Positions 1 through 10,109 of a DNA stretch of 64,000 nt are shown piece by piece. Position 1 is the stretch's first letter. Each line of letters opens with the position of its first letter. Under the pieces are notes generated by a model. That model worked only from the letters and a program-made list of their open reading frames with translations, searched no databases and was not told the origin of the DNA. Source of the DNA: Planctomycetota bacterium (GTDB lineage: Bacteria > Planctomycetota > B15-G4 > JADJEK01); contig JBGAIQ010000007.1 of NCBI GenBank assembly GCA_044225365.1, positions 64,001 to 128,000 of the forward strand, given 5' to 3'. The position numbers and the translations under genes are program-made.

Positions 1-2
1 CG

Positions 3-1556
3 TTCGCCTTCCTGCGGAACGTCGACTTGCCGGTTCCGCCGGAGCCGGTACTGCGGCGGGGACCGATCGAGGATCGCGTCGAACGGTTGGTCGATCGCAC
101 TCTTTGGGCGCCGCTCGACCTGCGCAATCGCGCATTGAACGAACTCGCGAGGCTCAAGAAGCCGCATGAGATCCAGCAGTTCGTCGCGCTCGCGGACCAG
201 GAGTGGCGGCGCGATCCCCTGCGCGGATACGTGTTCCTTCCCACTCTTGCGCAGGTCCATGATCCGCGCGGAGCCCAGATCGTCGAGGAAGCGGCGACCC
301 ATTCCTCCAACATGATCCGGGTCGAAGCCGCTCGAGCGCTCGGAACCGTCGACGATGCGGACGCGGTCGCGCGCCTCGAGACCCTGCTCTCCGATCACTA
401 CGAAGGCGTGAGGACGGGAGCGATCCGTTCCTTGATCGACATGAAGACGCCTTCCGCGCTCGACGTCCTCGAGCGGTACGCGCAAGGCGACCCCGACGAG
501 CGGATCAAACACGTCCTGTATCGCATCGGAGCCGACACCGAGAATCCGGACGGGATTCCCGTGCTCCGGAAGTACTTGGATTCCCCGGGGACGGCGCGAA
601 TCGTGGCCCTGCAGATGCTCGCCAAGTTCGGAGATCCGAGCGCGCTCGACATCCTCTACGAAATGGTGGAGCACGGGGACGCCAATGCCCGACACACCGG
701 CCTCATCGATCTCCTCGAAGCGCCGCACGATCTGATCGATCCCAAGCGTGTCCTCGATCGCCTCGAAGACGTGAGCGGCGAGAATCGTCGCGCGGCAGCC
801 GAACTCTACTTGCGAATGGCGCAAGCGAAGGCCCTCACGGGTGAGGAAGCCGACACCGTCGCGAGGGCCCTCGAGAAGCATCTCACCGATCTCGACTACC
901 GCGCTCGCATCGCTTCGCTCGCCGCACTCCACGCTCTCGGCCGCAAGGATCTCGTCGAGCCGTTCGAGAAGGCGATCCTCACCGCGTCGGGCCCAGGCCT
1001 GCACGACGCCCTGCAGATCACGACGGTCTGGTGCAAGGACGAGAAGGCGTTGCCCCTCGTCCTCCAACGGATCAAGGCCGACGGTAAGAGCGCTCCGATC
1101 GAGAATCGAGCGCGCCTGATCACGGCGCTCGGCGACATCAACGACGGGGCGAGCATCGACGCCTACCTCGACGTGATTCGCGAAGCGAGAGCCAACGAAC
1201 CGCGGGACGAGTCGGGCATCGAGCTGTCGAAGCGCGCAGCGCTCCACGTCTCGACTCTCGGACCTTCGATCCAAGGCAAGCTGATGGAGATCGCGCGCGA
1301 TGGTTCGGCGACGCTCGAGGCGCGCCTGCGCGCGCTCGACGGTCTGCGCGGCATCAACGGAGTCGATTGCGTCCAGGAACTCCTCGACCTCGCGGCGGAC
1401 GGGAACGCTCCGCACGAAGTTCGTCTTGCGGCGGTCGAGACGCTGCCGTTCCTCGTCGGAGTCGACATGTTCGACGCCGTCCTGGACTCGCTCGACCGGT
1501 TGGTCGATCGCGAGCTTCGATTGAAAGCGCTCTACGTCCTGCTCGATTACGCCTGA
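3..1556 (+). CDS. HEAT-repeat protein, 5'-truncated by the window edge
   Basis: Frame is open from position 3. Repeated HEAT-like units (IRVEAARALGTV, VRTGAIRSLIDM, ARLRALDGL, VRLAAVETL). Confidence 0.8.
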   Translation, partial: FAFLRNVDLPVPPEPVLRRGPIEDRVERLVDRTLWAPLDLRNRALNELARLKKPHEIQQFVALADQEWRRDPLRGYVFLPTLAQVHDPRGAQIVEEAATHSSNMIRVEAARALGTVDDADAVARLETLLSDHYEGVRTGAIRSLIDMKTPSALDVLERYAQGDPDERIKHVLYRIGADTENPDGIPVLRKYLDSPGTARIVALQMLAKFGDPSALDILYEMVEHGDANARHTGLIDLLEAPHDLIDPKRVLDRLEDVSGENRRAAAELYLRMAQAKALTGEEADTVARALEKHLTDLDYRARIASLAALHALGRKDLVEPFEKAILTASGPGLHDALQITTVWCKDEKALPLVLQRIKADGKSAPIENRARLITALGDINDGASIDAYLDVIREARANEPRDESGIELSKRAALHVSTLGPSIQGKLMEIARDGSATLEARLRALDGLRGINGVDCVQELLDLAADGNAPHEVRLAAVETLPFLVGVDMFDAVLDSLDRLVDRELRLKALYVLLDYA

Positions 1557-1576
1557 GACCCCGGGAGGATCGAGGT

Positions 1577-2275
1577 TCAGGTCTTCTTCTTGCCCTTGAG
1601 TTCGCGTGCGGCGGGTGTCTCGATCTCGCCGAGCACATCGTCGAATGGAAACCACTCCGATGTCTTGCTCTGACTATCGGCTTCGCGGAAATCCTTCCCG
1701 GGATTGATGGTCGGCGGGAACGGCGAGTGATAGCCGTCGAACGCACCCTTGTGGTTCCAACTCCCGAGGACGGTGCCGCGGTGATCGACGAAGAAGGCCC
1801 ACTGCGTGCCTTCCTGATAGTTCTCCGGCCAGGCGAACGCGCCGTATGCCGTCGTACCGGGCTCCTTCGATTCCGCGCCCTTGGGAGACCAAGCGCGACC
1901 ATCGTTGCGGATCGGATCGTTGAGGAAGACGGTGACGAGGTAGCCGCGGATGCGATAGACCTCGACGTTCGCGTTCGGGCAATCCTCCGCGCGAGTGAGT
2001 CGCCGGAGCGGCGAGGTCTCCGGGGACTTCTCGATCAACTCCGAGAGGAATAGGAAGCGCGTACCGGTAGTCCCGATCGCTGCCTGTTCGCCCTGATGGA
2101 TGGCGCGCACGACGTCATACGCTCGACGCTCACGATCGGCCATCGAGCGGCCCTGCGTCTCCGCGCCGAGGATGTGGAACCCGATCCATGTGAGGATGAC
2201 GAGCACCGAGATCTCGGTCGAATAACGCCCGAGTCGCTCGAGGAAGGATTTCGTTCCGATGTTCGTGGCAACCAT
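1577..2275 (-). CDS. Membrane-anchored protein with a DUF2950/pilin-like C-terminal region
   Basis: N-terminal TM (ISVLVILTWIGFHILG). AYGAFAWPENY...WAFFVDHRGTV resembles the DUF2950-type AWPxxY..F.V motif. Start is 2275 or 2320. Confidence 0.55.
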   Translation of the reverse strand: MVATNIGTKSFLERLGRYSTEISVLVILTWIGFHILGAETQGRSMADRERRAYDVVRAIHQGEQAAIGTTGTRFLFLSELIEKSPETSPLRRLTRAEDCPNANVEVYRIRGYLVTVFLNDPIRNDGRAWSPKGAESKEPGTTAYGAFAWPENYQEGTQWAFFVDHRGTVLGSWNHKGAFDGYHSPFPPTINPGKDFREADSQSKTSEWFPFDDVLGEIETPAARELKGKKKT

Positions 2276-2329
2276 GAAGAGTACCGTGGCGGAGTGTTCG
2301 TCGCCGTTCGAACGGCTCACGTTCGCTCG

Positions 2330-3238
2330 TCACGAGGGAGGGAACGCCCGTACGAAAGCGCGGGCGAGGGGAAACATCAAGAGGATGATGCCGCTGATGA
2401 GAAGATCGTCAGCTGCGGCCGCGATCGTCGCATCGAAGAGGAAGATCCCGGAGAGGCAGCGTCCGACGTAGCGAGAAAGGCGCAGGCCCGGAACGATCGG
2501 TTCGCGCACGAGCGCAAAGTAACCGCTCGCGATCCACCCGGCGAGACCGCTGGCGCAGATGAGCGCGGCGACGACCGCGCGCGTTCTCGCATCGCCTGCG
2601 AGGAGTTCGAGGACTACTGCGACGAAAGCAAGGAGCGCGGCGATCCCGCTCGCGATCGCGACGCCGCGTGAGGTCGGTCTAAGGGCCCCGTCCTCCATCC
2701 GGCCGATGAACGCCACCGCGACGATGTACGCCCCGTACGCGATCGCCACGGGAAATGCGGCACGAGCATCTCCGCCCGCCGCGGCGCCGAGCGTGAGATT
2801 CAGCGCACGAATCGATCCCAGGACGAACGGGCCGGCGAGTCCGAGGTGGTGGGGTCTCGCGTTGTACGTCGTGATGAGCGACAGCATCACGATCGACAGG
2901 ATGAACGCTGCGGTTCCGGCAAGCGCCGCCGCGGAGGCCGCGATGCACGCCTGAACGACGACGAACGTGCTCGCCGCGGCGACTGAGACGGCGCCCGAGG
3001 GCAGCGGCCTACCTTCGGCGCGCATACGATCGACCTCGCGGTCGCACAGATCGTTATGCGCCATCCCGAACAGGAAGAGCGCCAGCGATGCGGTTAAGGC
3101 CGCGACGATCGCGCCGCCATCGACGCGGCCTCCGCTCGCGCGGAGCGCGAGCGCCGAGCCCGCGAGCCCATCGGCGAGGGGAGACAGCGCGAGCGAGGCT
3201 CGCGACAACTTGAGGATTCCCCGCAGAGTGGTTCCCAT
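2330..3238 (-). CDS. UbiA-family prenyltransferase, EboC/SCO3242-like
   Basis: NDLCDREVD...RPLPSG motif, multiple TM helices, EboC-like RALNLTLG and YIVAVAFIGRME segments. Confidence 0.8.
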   Translation of the reverse strand: MGTTLRGILKLSRASLALSPLADGLAGSALALRASGGRVDGGAIVAALTASLALFLFGMAHNDLCDREVDRMRAEGRPLPSGAVSVAAASTFVVVQACIAASAAALAGTAAFILSIVMLSLITTYNARPHHLGLAGPFVLGSIRALNLTLGAAAGGDARAAFPVAIAYGAYIVAVAFIGRMEDGALRPTSRGVAIASGIAALLAFVAVVLELLAGDARTRAVVAALICASGLAGWIASGYFALVREPIVPGLRLSRYVGRCLSGIFLFDATIAAAADDLLISGIILLMFPLARAFVRAFPPS

Positions 3239-3254
3239 CGTGCGAGTCGGTCGA

Positions 3255-5078
3255 TCAGAACAGCAGGCGCTGGATGTCGTTCTTGATGACGTAGATCAGC
3301 AGCGCGAAGATGAACGCGAGTCCGATGAGCTGCGAGTAGCCCATGACTCGTTCGGAGATGGGAGCGCCGGTGACCTTCTCGACGAGGAGGAACATCATGT
3401 ATCCGCCGTCGAGGATCGGGATCGGCAGCACGTTGATGACCGCGAGGTTGATCGACAGCATCGCGAGGAAGTAGAAGAGCTTTGCGAGCCCCTGCATCGC
3501 GACGTGATACGAGACGACGCTGATCGAGACGATGCTGCCCAGGTTCTCGGTGGAGACTTGGCGCGAGACCATCTTCTTGAGAGTCAGGTAGACCTGACGC
3601 GTCATGTTCCACGACGCGTACATGCCATGTCCGAAGGCTTGCGCCCACGGATAGCGACGTACGACCGTCGCAGCCTCGAAAGCGATCCCGAAGTCCGGAT
3701 ACGAGAGACCCGCGCGTGTGACCTCCACGTCGCGGAGGGCGCCGCCGCTATCGACGGCGAGTTGGATCGGCCGATCGCTCGCGGCGTGGATCGCGCGAAA
3801 GGCATCGGTCCACTTCGAAACCTGTTCGCCATCGACTCGCACGAGTCGATCGCCGCTGTGGAGTCCGACTCGTTCGGCCGCCGATCCGGACGTGACGACG
3901 ATCGGCACGCCGGCGCCCCCGCTCGAATCGGTGGCACCCAGCGCGACGTACTCGATCAGTCGCGGACGCAGCGCGGCCGAGATCGCGATGTGGCGCCGTG
4001 CTCCTGCGTTGTCGACTTCGAGATCGGTCGAGGCGTCCCCGCCGCGAGCCGTCGAGAGGGCTCGCACGAAGTCGGTTTCGGTGAACAGCGGAACGCCGTC
4101 GCATGCCAGGATCCGATCCCCGACGTGCAAGGGGGAATCGGGTCCTGCGAGCACCTCGCGTACGGCGGTCACGGTCAGCGTCACCGGGGCGATACCGACG
4201 AGCTTCGCCGTGGAATCGGTTCGCCATTCCGGAGCGACTTGGACTTCGCGAAACGCGCCCTGGGCACTCCGCACTCGCATCGAGAGCGGCGCTTGCGACG
4301 AATAGGTGAGGAGGTCCGAGAACAACTCCCGCCGCTCACAACCTGCGATCGCAACGATCTCGTCGCCGTCCACGAGGCCGGCTCGAGCCGCGGCGCCGTC
4401 GGGGTCGAGTCGCACCCTACCGGTAAGAGCCTGATCGACCTTGATCGCGTAGGTTCCGAGCGCCGTCGAATACTCGGGCTGCGCCACGGTCTCGACCTTC
4501 TGCGAGCCGCGGAGCACGGTGATCGGGACTCCTTCGGGATCGCCGAGCGCGACTTCGAGGAATACGTCGGTGAAGGAGTGGATCGGGTGGCCGTTGATCT
4601 CGATGACTTCATCGTCGGCGCGCAGGCCGGCCTTCCATGCCGGTCCGCCGGCGACCACTCGGCCGAGCACGGGCGCTTCCATCTCGACCCCGGCGCCGAA
4701 CGTCAGCGGGAAGACAATCATCGCGAAGAGGAGATTCGCGATGACGCCGCCGGCACGGACCAGGAATTTCGCTCCGATGGATTTCGAGTTGTACGAACGC
4801 GGATTGCCGAGATCCTCGCCCGGTTGATCGCCCCGCACCTTCACGTAACCGCCGACCGGGACTGCCGAGATCCGATAGTCCGTTCCATTGCGGACGAATC
4901 CGAACAGGCGAGGTCCGAACCCGAGCGAGAAGACCTCCACGTCGACGCCCGTGATGCGAGCGCAGAGGAAGTGCCCGAACTCATGCACGAAGATGACGAG
5001 CCCGATTCCGAATGCCGTGAGGAGCGCGCCCGTGGGATCGGGCAACGACCAGGCGAGTGTCAACAGACTGTGAGGCAT
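3255..5078 (-). CDS. rseP: Site-2 intramembrane metalloprotease RseP with multiple PDZ domains
   Basis: HEFGH zinc motif, FSLGFGP, NVLPIPILDGG, about four PDZ-like repeats; follows dxr. Confidence 0.92.
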   Translation of the reverse strand: MPHSLLTLAWSLPDPTGALLTAFGIGLVIFVHEFGHFLCARITGVDVEVFSLGFGPRLFGFVRNGTDYRISAVPVGGYVKVRGDQPGEDLGNPRSYNSKSIGAKFLVRAGGVIANLLFAMIVFPLTFGAGVEMEAPVLGRVVAGGPAWKAGLRADDEVIEINGHPIHSFTDVFLEVALGDPEGVPITVLRGSQKVETVAQPEYSTALGTYAIKVDQALTGRVRLDPDGAAARAGLVDGDEIVAIAGCERRELFSDLLTYSSQAPLSMRVRSAQGAFREVQVAPEWRTDSTAKLVGIAPVTLTVTAVREVLAGPDSPLHVGDRILACDGVPLFTETDFVRALSTARGGDASTDLEVDNAGARRHIAISAALRPRLIEYVALGATDSSGGAGVPIVVTSGSAAERVGLHSGDRLVRVDGEQVSKWTDAFRAIHAASDRPIQLAVDSGGALRDVEVTRAGLSYPDFGIAFEAATVVRRYPWAQAFGHGMYASWNMTRQVYLTLKKMVSRQVSTENLGSIVSISVVSYHVAMQGLAKLFYFLAMLSINLAVINVLPIPILDGGYMMFLLVEKVTGAPISERVMGYSQLIGLAFIFALLIYVIKNDIQRLLF

Positions 5079-6214
5079 CGCTCCGCTTCCTTGCGCGCCC
5101 ATTGATCGGCCGCGAGGATCTCGTCGAGATCCGGCGCCGATCGATTTCGCATCGCATCGAGCACTCTTTCGACCGTTTCCGCGATTCGATCGAAGCGAAT
5201 GTCGCGGGCGAGGAACCGGGCGACGGCGACTTCGTTCGCGGCATTCAAGACCGTTCCGGCGAGCCCACCTTCGCTCGCCGCTCGCAGCCCGAGCCGAAGT
5301 GCCGGGAATCGCCCGGGATCCGGCGCCTCGAACGTCAGGTGGGCGAAGCGGCGGAGATCGAACCAGTTCTCGCGCGTCATCGCTCGTTCCGGGTAGGCGA
5401 TCGCATAGCGGATCGGTACGGTCATGCTCGGGACGCCGAGTTGAGCGAGGATCGAGCCGTCGTTGAACTCGACCATCGAATGAACGATCGATTGGCGATG
5501 GACCAAGACCTCGATCGCGGCGGGAGCGACATCGAACAGCCAATGCGCTTCGATGATCTCGAGCGCCTTGTTCATCATCGTCGCCGAGTCGATCGTGATC
5601 TTCGGCCCCATCTTCCAGGTCGGGTGCTTCAGCGCTTGCTCCGGCGTGACGTCCTTGAAGCTCGCCGCGGGAAGGTCGACGAACGGGCCGCCGGATGCCG
5701 TCAGGAAGAGGCGCCGTACGCTCTTGGGGGGAGCACCCTGGAGGGACTGGAAGATCGCGGAGTGTTCGCTGTCGACGGGCACGATCTCGGCGCCGCTCTT
5801 CGCCGCGAGATCCTTGACGAGGCTACCCGCCATCACGAGCGCTTCTTTGTTGGCGAGAGCGAGGCGCTTTCCGCTGCGAACCGTTTCGAGCGCCGAGGCG
5901 AGGCCCGCGGCACCCGTGATCGCAGCTACCACGACGTCGGCCCCGGCAGCGCGCACGACTTCCGTCGCCGCGTTCGGCCCACCAATGACTTCGATGTCCA
6001 TTGCGGCGAGGCGCGGCTTCGCACGCTCGGCCGCGGCCGGATCCGTGAGCCCTACGAACTGCGGGCGCCACTGCGTCGCCTGCGCCACGATGGCGTCGAC
6101 GCTCGCGCTGGCGACGAGACCCACCACCCGGTGCGTCGCCGTCAGCTCCGAGAGCACGGTGAGCGTGCTCGTGCCGACGGAGCCAGTGGAGCCAAGGATG
6201 CAGACGCTGCGCAT
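5060..6214 (-). CDS. dxr: 1-deoxy-D-xylulose-5-phosphate reductoisomerase
   Basis: ILGSTGSVG, LALANKE, PVDSEHSAIFQ, TASGGPF, HPTWKMGPKITIDSATMMNK, NAANE. Confidence 0.97.
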   Translation of the reverse strand: MRSVCILGSTGSVGTSTLTVLSELTATHRVVGLVASASVDAIVAQATQWRPQFVGLTDPAAAERAKPRLAAMDIEVIGGPNAATEVVRAAGADVVVAAITGAAGLASALETVRSGKRLALANKEALVMAGSLVKDLAAKSGAEIVPVDSEHSAIFQSLQGAPPKSVRRLFLTASGGPFVDLPAASFKDVTPEQALKHPTWKMGPKITIDSATMMNKALEIIEAHWLFDVAPAAIEVLVHRQSIVHSMVEFNDGSILAQLGVPSMTVPIRYAIAYPERAMTRENWFDLRRFAHLTFEAPDPGRFPALRLGLRAASEGGLAGTVLNAANEVAVARFLARDIRFDRIAETVERVLDAMRNRSAPDLDEILAADQWARKEAERCLTVC

Positions 6215-6409
6215 GAGGACGCCTGGGAACTTTGGGACGATCGAAGTTGGATCATAGCCCCGTGGGGTTCGCGGACTGCGCGGCAATCTGCCCGCAGTTC
6301 TCTCCATCTCACGACGTTTCCAGCGATCGATCGGGCGCTGCCGCTTCTCCGCTTCCATGCCTGCCCGGAACCCTGGCGAAATCGTGAAGGGTCCTATAGG
6401 TTCTGCGCC

Positions 6410-6976
6410 ATGTGGGAATCGAAAGCCCGCTTCTGTCCGCAGTGCGGAGAATCGCTCGAGGACGCACCCGTCGATGGTCGAGAGCGCCGTCGGTGCACCG
6501 CGTGTCGATTCGTCCTGTATCTGAACCCGGCTTCGGCGGCGGCGGCACTCGTCGTCTCCGACCAGCGGATCCTGCTCGTGCGTCGCGGGATCGAGCCGTT
6601 CAAGGGGATGTGGGGATTACCCGCGGGGTACCAGGAATACGACGAGAGCCCCGACCAGACGGTCGTGCGCGAAACTCGGGAGGAGACCGGTCTGCACGTC
6701 TCGATCGTTCGCCTCTTCGATGTCCTCTTCACGCGCGATGATCCGCGGAAGAAGGCGAACCTCGTCGCCTATCTCTGCCGAGTGGAGGGAGGGACCCTTT
6801 GCGCCGGGGACGATGCGACCGAGGCGGATTTCTTCGCGGCCGATCGATTGCCGGAGGACATCGCGTTCGCCAACAACCGCTACTTGCTCTCGAAGTGGCG
6901 CTCTGGAGTGGCCGCAGGTGCCGAGCCGTCCAACCCGGATGATTCCTCTTCGAGACCGGACCGCGGGTTGCGTTGA
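6410..6976 (+). CDS. NUDIX hydrolase with N-terminal zinc ribbon
   Basis: FCPQCG...CTAC ribbon; Nudix box GYQEYDESPDQTVVRETREETG. The real gene is the 3' part of ORF 5057..6976. Confidence 0.88.
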   Translation: MWESKARFCPQCGESLEDAPVDGRERRRCTACRFVLYLNPASAAAALVVSDQRILLVRRGIEPFKGMWGLPAGYQEYDESPDQTVVRETREETGLHVSIVRLFDVLFTRDDPRKKANLVAYLCRVEGGTLCAGDDATEADFFAADRLPEDIAFANNRYLLSKWRSGVAAGAEPSNPDDSSSRPDRGLR

Positions 6977-7134
6977 CTCGGCATCTTCGCTGCGTAGACT
7001 CGTGGCGCCGTCCCCAAGCTCGATCGGCAGGGCCCGCTCGGTGACCAGGACGGTGTCACCGACTTGCTGTTGCGACCTAAGAACGAAAGCTCGTCTTGCT
7101 CGACCCGACCCCGTCGGAATGGGAGCCCCGATCC

Positions 7135-8475
7135 ATGCGTATTGCCCCCGCCTTCCTGGCTTGCCTGACGCTCGCGCTCCCGCTGTCGATTGCGTCCGGG
7201 CAGGATTCCGAACCCAAGCTCCTGTTGAAGCCGAGTGATCGCGACGCGGTCGCCGCACTGTTCGCGGACTACTTCAAACAGAAGTCGGAGGGCAGGGATC
7301 TGAAGAAGATCGCTTCGTCCCTCGACAAGCTGGAAGCCGATCTCGAGAAGCGCGCGAAGTCGCTGAAGATCGTGACACTGCTGGACAGCACGGCCGACAT
7401 GCGCTCGGCGATGAACTCGCCGTACCGGCCCGACAAGAACGTGAAGAAGGGATTCTTCACGGAGAGCTCGATCAACGAGATGCTGCCCAGCGGGAAGACC
7501 GAGGTGAAGTACCTCTACCGTCTCCCGAACAAGTACTCGGACAAGCTGCTCTATCCCGCAATCATCGCGCTTCCACCGAAGATCGAGAAGGTGGATGCGG
7601 TCAAGAAGTGGGCGGATGCGGCGTTTCCCGAAGCGATCAGTGAATCGACGGTGATCATCGTCCCGTTGAACCTGAAGAGCGTCGCGTGGTCATCGCTCGA
7701 CGGCCGCATCACGGCGTTCTTCCCGCTGCGCGAAGCGATCGCGGCCTATGCCGTCGACCGCGGACGTGTCTTCCTCGATGGCAGCATGGATGCCGCGCCG
7801 ATCGTTCCGCTCTACCTCACGGAACATCCCGGCATCTTCGCGGGCGGTATCCTGCGTGAACCCGATGCGGCCCCGGCCACGACGCTCCTGTCCAATGCGC
7901 GAAGCGAACCCATGCTCCTCGTCCACGCCGCCGGCGGCGAAGCAGCCAACGTCCTGAAGCAGTTCGAGCAGGATTGCACCGCGGCCGGCGTGAAGACGAC
8001 GTCCGTCGAGAGTCCGGTCGAGGCATCCGGCAAGGCCGGCGATGCTGGCGCGGCCGCGATCGCAAAATTCGTCGCGGAGACGAAGAAGGTCTACACGCCT
8101 CGCGACATCAAGTTCACCACCGTGTCGTCGCAATCGGTGAACTGCTACTGGCTCGAACTCCTCAAGTTCGAGGCCTCGGAGAGCAAGCCCGTCACGGTCG
8201 AAGCGTCCGTCGACCGGACGACCAACGAGATCCGGATCACCGCGCCGCCGCAGGTGACGGAGGTCGCGATCTACCTCAATCAGGATCTCGTCGACATGGG
8301 CAAGGAGATCAAGGTCCTCGTCACCGACAAGTCGGGCGAGACTCCGAAATCCGTGACCCGCTACAACGGCCGGAAGGGTCCCGTCCTCGACTCGGCGCTC
8401 GCGTTCTGGTTCAGCAATCGAACGGGCAACTACGGCGAGGTCTACACGAATTCGATCAACGTCACGTTGAAGTGA
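7135..8475 (+). CDS. Secreted alpha/beta-hydrolase-like protein with degenerate catalytic motifs
   Basis: Signal peptide; YRLPNKY..YPAIIAL, VDRGRVFLDGSM and HPGIFAG follow the esterase/peptidase pattern; strong codon bias. Confidence 0.65.
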   Translation: MRIAPAFLACLTLALPLSIASGQDSEPKLLLKPSDRDAVAALFADYFKQKSEGRDLKKIASSLDKLEADLEKRAKSLKIVTLLDSTADMRSAMNSPYRPDKNVKKGFFTESSINEMLPSGKTEVKYLYRLPNKYSDKLLYPAIIALPPKIEKVDAVKKWADAAFPEAISESTVIIVPLNLKSVAWSSLDGRITAFFPLREAIAAYAVDRGRVFLDGSMDAAPIVPLYLTEHPGIFAGGILREPDAAPATTLLSNARSEPMLLVHAAGGEAANVLKQFEQDCTAAGVKTTSVESPVEASGKAGDAGAAAIAKFVAETKKVYTPRDIKFTTVSSQSVNCYWLELLKFEASESKPVTVEASVDRTTNEIRITAPPQVTEVAIYLNQDLVDMGKEIKVLVTDKSGETPKSVTRYNGRKGPVLDSALAFWFSNRTGNYGEVYTNSINVTLK

Positions 8476-10109
8476 CCCCGATCGCACCACCCGGCTCCCA
8501 CTTGGATCCCGTCGCGGACGACCTTCCCGGCCCGCTGGCGTGCGCTGTGGTTGCGTTCTGCGCAGGCGCTGGAGTTCTTGCACTCGAGGTCACGGGGGCC
8601 CGCGTCCTCACTCCGTGGTTCGGTTCGTCGATCGTTGTTTGGAGCAACGTCATCGGCGTGACGCTCTTCGCGATCGCGCTCGGCAACTTCTTCGGCGGAC
8701 GGATCGCCGATCGCCTTCCCCACCGATCGATCCTCGCGGGCGTGCTCGTCGGCGCAGGGGTCCTCGCTGCGATGTTTCCTTGGCTCGTCCCGATCCTGGC
8801 GCGAAGGTACCTGCCCGACGATCTCCCGCTCGACATCGCTTTCGCGATGCTCGGCAAGGCGTCGCTCGTCGTCGCGCTCTCGGCGCTGGCTCCGCCGCTC
8901 GTCCTCATCGGCGCGGTCTCTCCGTTCCTCGTGCGGAGTCTCGCCGCGGCCCGTGGCGTCGGTGGGGCGGCCGGGTGGGTGTCGGGCCTCGGTACGCTCG
9001 GAAGCCTGCTCGGAACCTGGGCGCCCGTCTATTGGCTGATCCCGTCGGTCGGTTCGAAGATCACATGTCTGCTCGCGGGAGCATTGCTCACGATCGCCGG
9101 CGCGATCGCCGCGTGGCGCGGACGGCGAACGACCTGGCTCGCGATCCTGATCGTCGCCCTTGGCACCTCACTCGTCGCCCTGCGTGCCGATCGATCGCCC
9201 AATCGCGGCGCGGTCGACGGCTCGATCCTGGCCGAGATCGAATCGCGTTACCAGTACGCTCGCGTCGAGCAGAACGCGTCGCGCACCGCGCTGAAGTTGA
9301 ACGAGGGACTCGACTCGTTCCACTCCCTCACGATCGACGGCGAGTTGCTCACGGGCGCTTACTACGACCCGTACTTGCTGCTCCCGCCGCTCGTGGCGAA
9401 GCGAGGCGAGACCTTCGATGTCGCGATCCTCGGTTTCGCGGCCGGGACGTCCGGACGCCAGTTCTTGACGGCCTATTCGGACCGGAAGGATCTGAGGATC
9501 GTGGGGGTCGAGCTCGATCCTGCGGTCGCAGCGTTGGGCACCAAATACTTTTCACTGCCAAATGACGAGCGGCTTTCGATCGTGGTCGATCAGGATGCCC
9601 GCGTGTTCCTGGACCACGATGCGAGGAAGTACGAAGCGATCCTGGTCGATACCTACGCGCATCAGGTGTACGTCCCATTCCAAACCTGTTCGAAGGAGTT
9701 CTTCGCGGCTGCACGAGAACGACTCGAGCCGGGGGGGATCCTCGCGGCGAACATCGGCGGCATCGATTTCGACGACGTGCCCCTGTCGGCGATTCGCAAC
9801 ACGGCGGCCGCCGTCTTCGACCGGGTCGCACTCGAACGCGTCTCCGGTTCGCGGAACTTCATCCTGCTCGCGGCGAGGGACGCTTCTCCGCCGTCCCTGG
9901 CCAGCGCGCTCGATCGAGTCCCGAGCGCCCTCGCGGGGGTGGTCGAGCGGTGCCAGGGCTTCGGGCAACGTCGGGAATTCGCCTTCGATCCGAGTCTCGT
10001 CGTGCTGACGGACGATCGCTCCGCGATCGAGCGGCTCGCCGATTCGGATTTGCTCGCTCGGGCCCGACGTGAACTCGCTGCCGCGCTGCGGGCGGGGGAG
10101 GAGCGGTGA
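8472..10109 (+). CDS. Fused membrane domain / spermidine-synthase-like SAM-dependent transferase
   Basis: TM region LALEVTGARVLTPWFGSS; ESRYQ, ILGFAAGT, GVELDP, QDARVF, ILVDTY, LEPGGILAAN. GTG start overlaps the upstream stop. Confidence 0.85.
   Translation: MTPIAPPGSHLDPVADDLPGPLACAVVAFCAGAGVLALEVTGARVLTPWFGSSIVVWSNVIGVTLFAIALGNFFGGRIADRLPHRSILAGVLVGAGVLAAMFPWLVPILARRYLPDDLPLDIAFAMLGKASLVVALSALAPPLVLIGAVSPFLVRSLAAARGVGGAAGWVSGLGTLGSLLGTWAPVYWLIPSVGSKITCLLAGALLTIAGAIAAWRGRRTTWLAILIVALGTSLVALRADRSPNRGAVDGSILAEIESRYQYARVEQNASRTALKLNEGLDSFHSLTIDGELLTGAYYDPYLLLPPLVAKRGETFDVAILGFAAGTSGRQFLTAYSDRKDLRIVGVELDPAVAALGTKYFSLPNDERLSIVVDQDARVFLDHDARKYEAILVDTYAHQVYVPFQTCSKEFFAAARERLEPGGILAANIGGIDFDDVPLSAIRNTAAAVFDRVALERVSGSRNFILLAARDASPPSLASALDRVPSALAGVVERCQGFGQRREFAFDPSLVVLTDDRSAIERLADSDLLARARRELAAALRAGEER

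Noticed and set aside
2967-5105. Long antisense or alternate-frame ORFs (also 30323-32659, 22312-23703, 53841-55283 and others)
   Set aside because: Shadow ORFs of well-supported genes, caused by GC-rich codon bias; no motifs.
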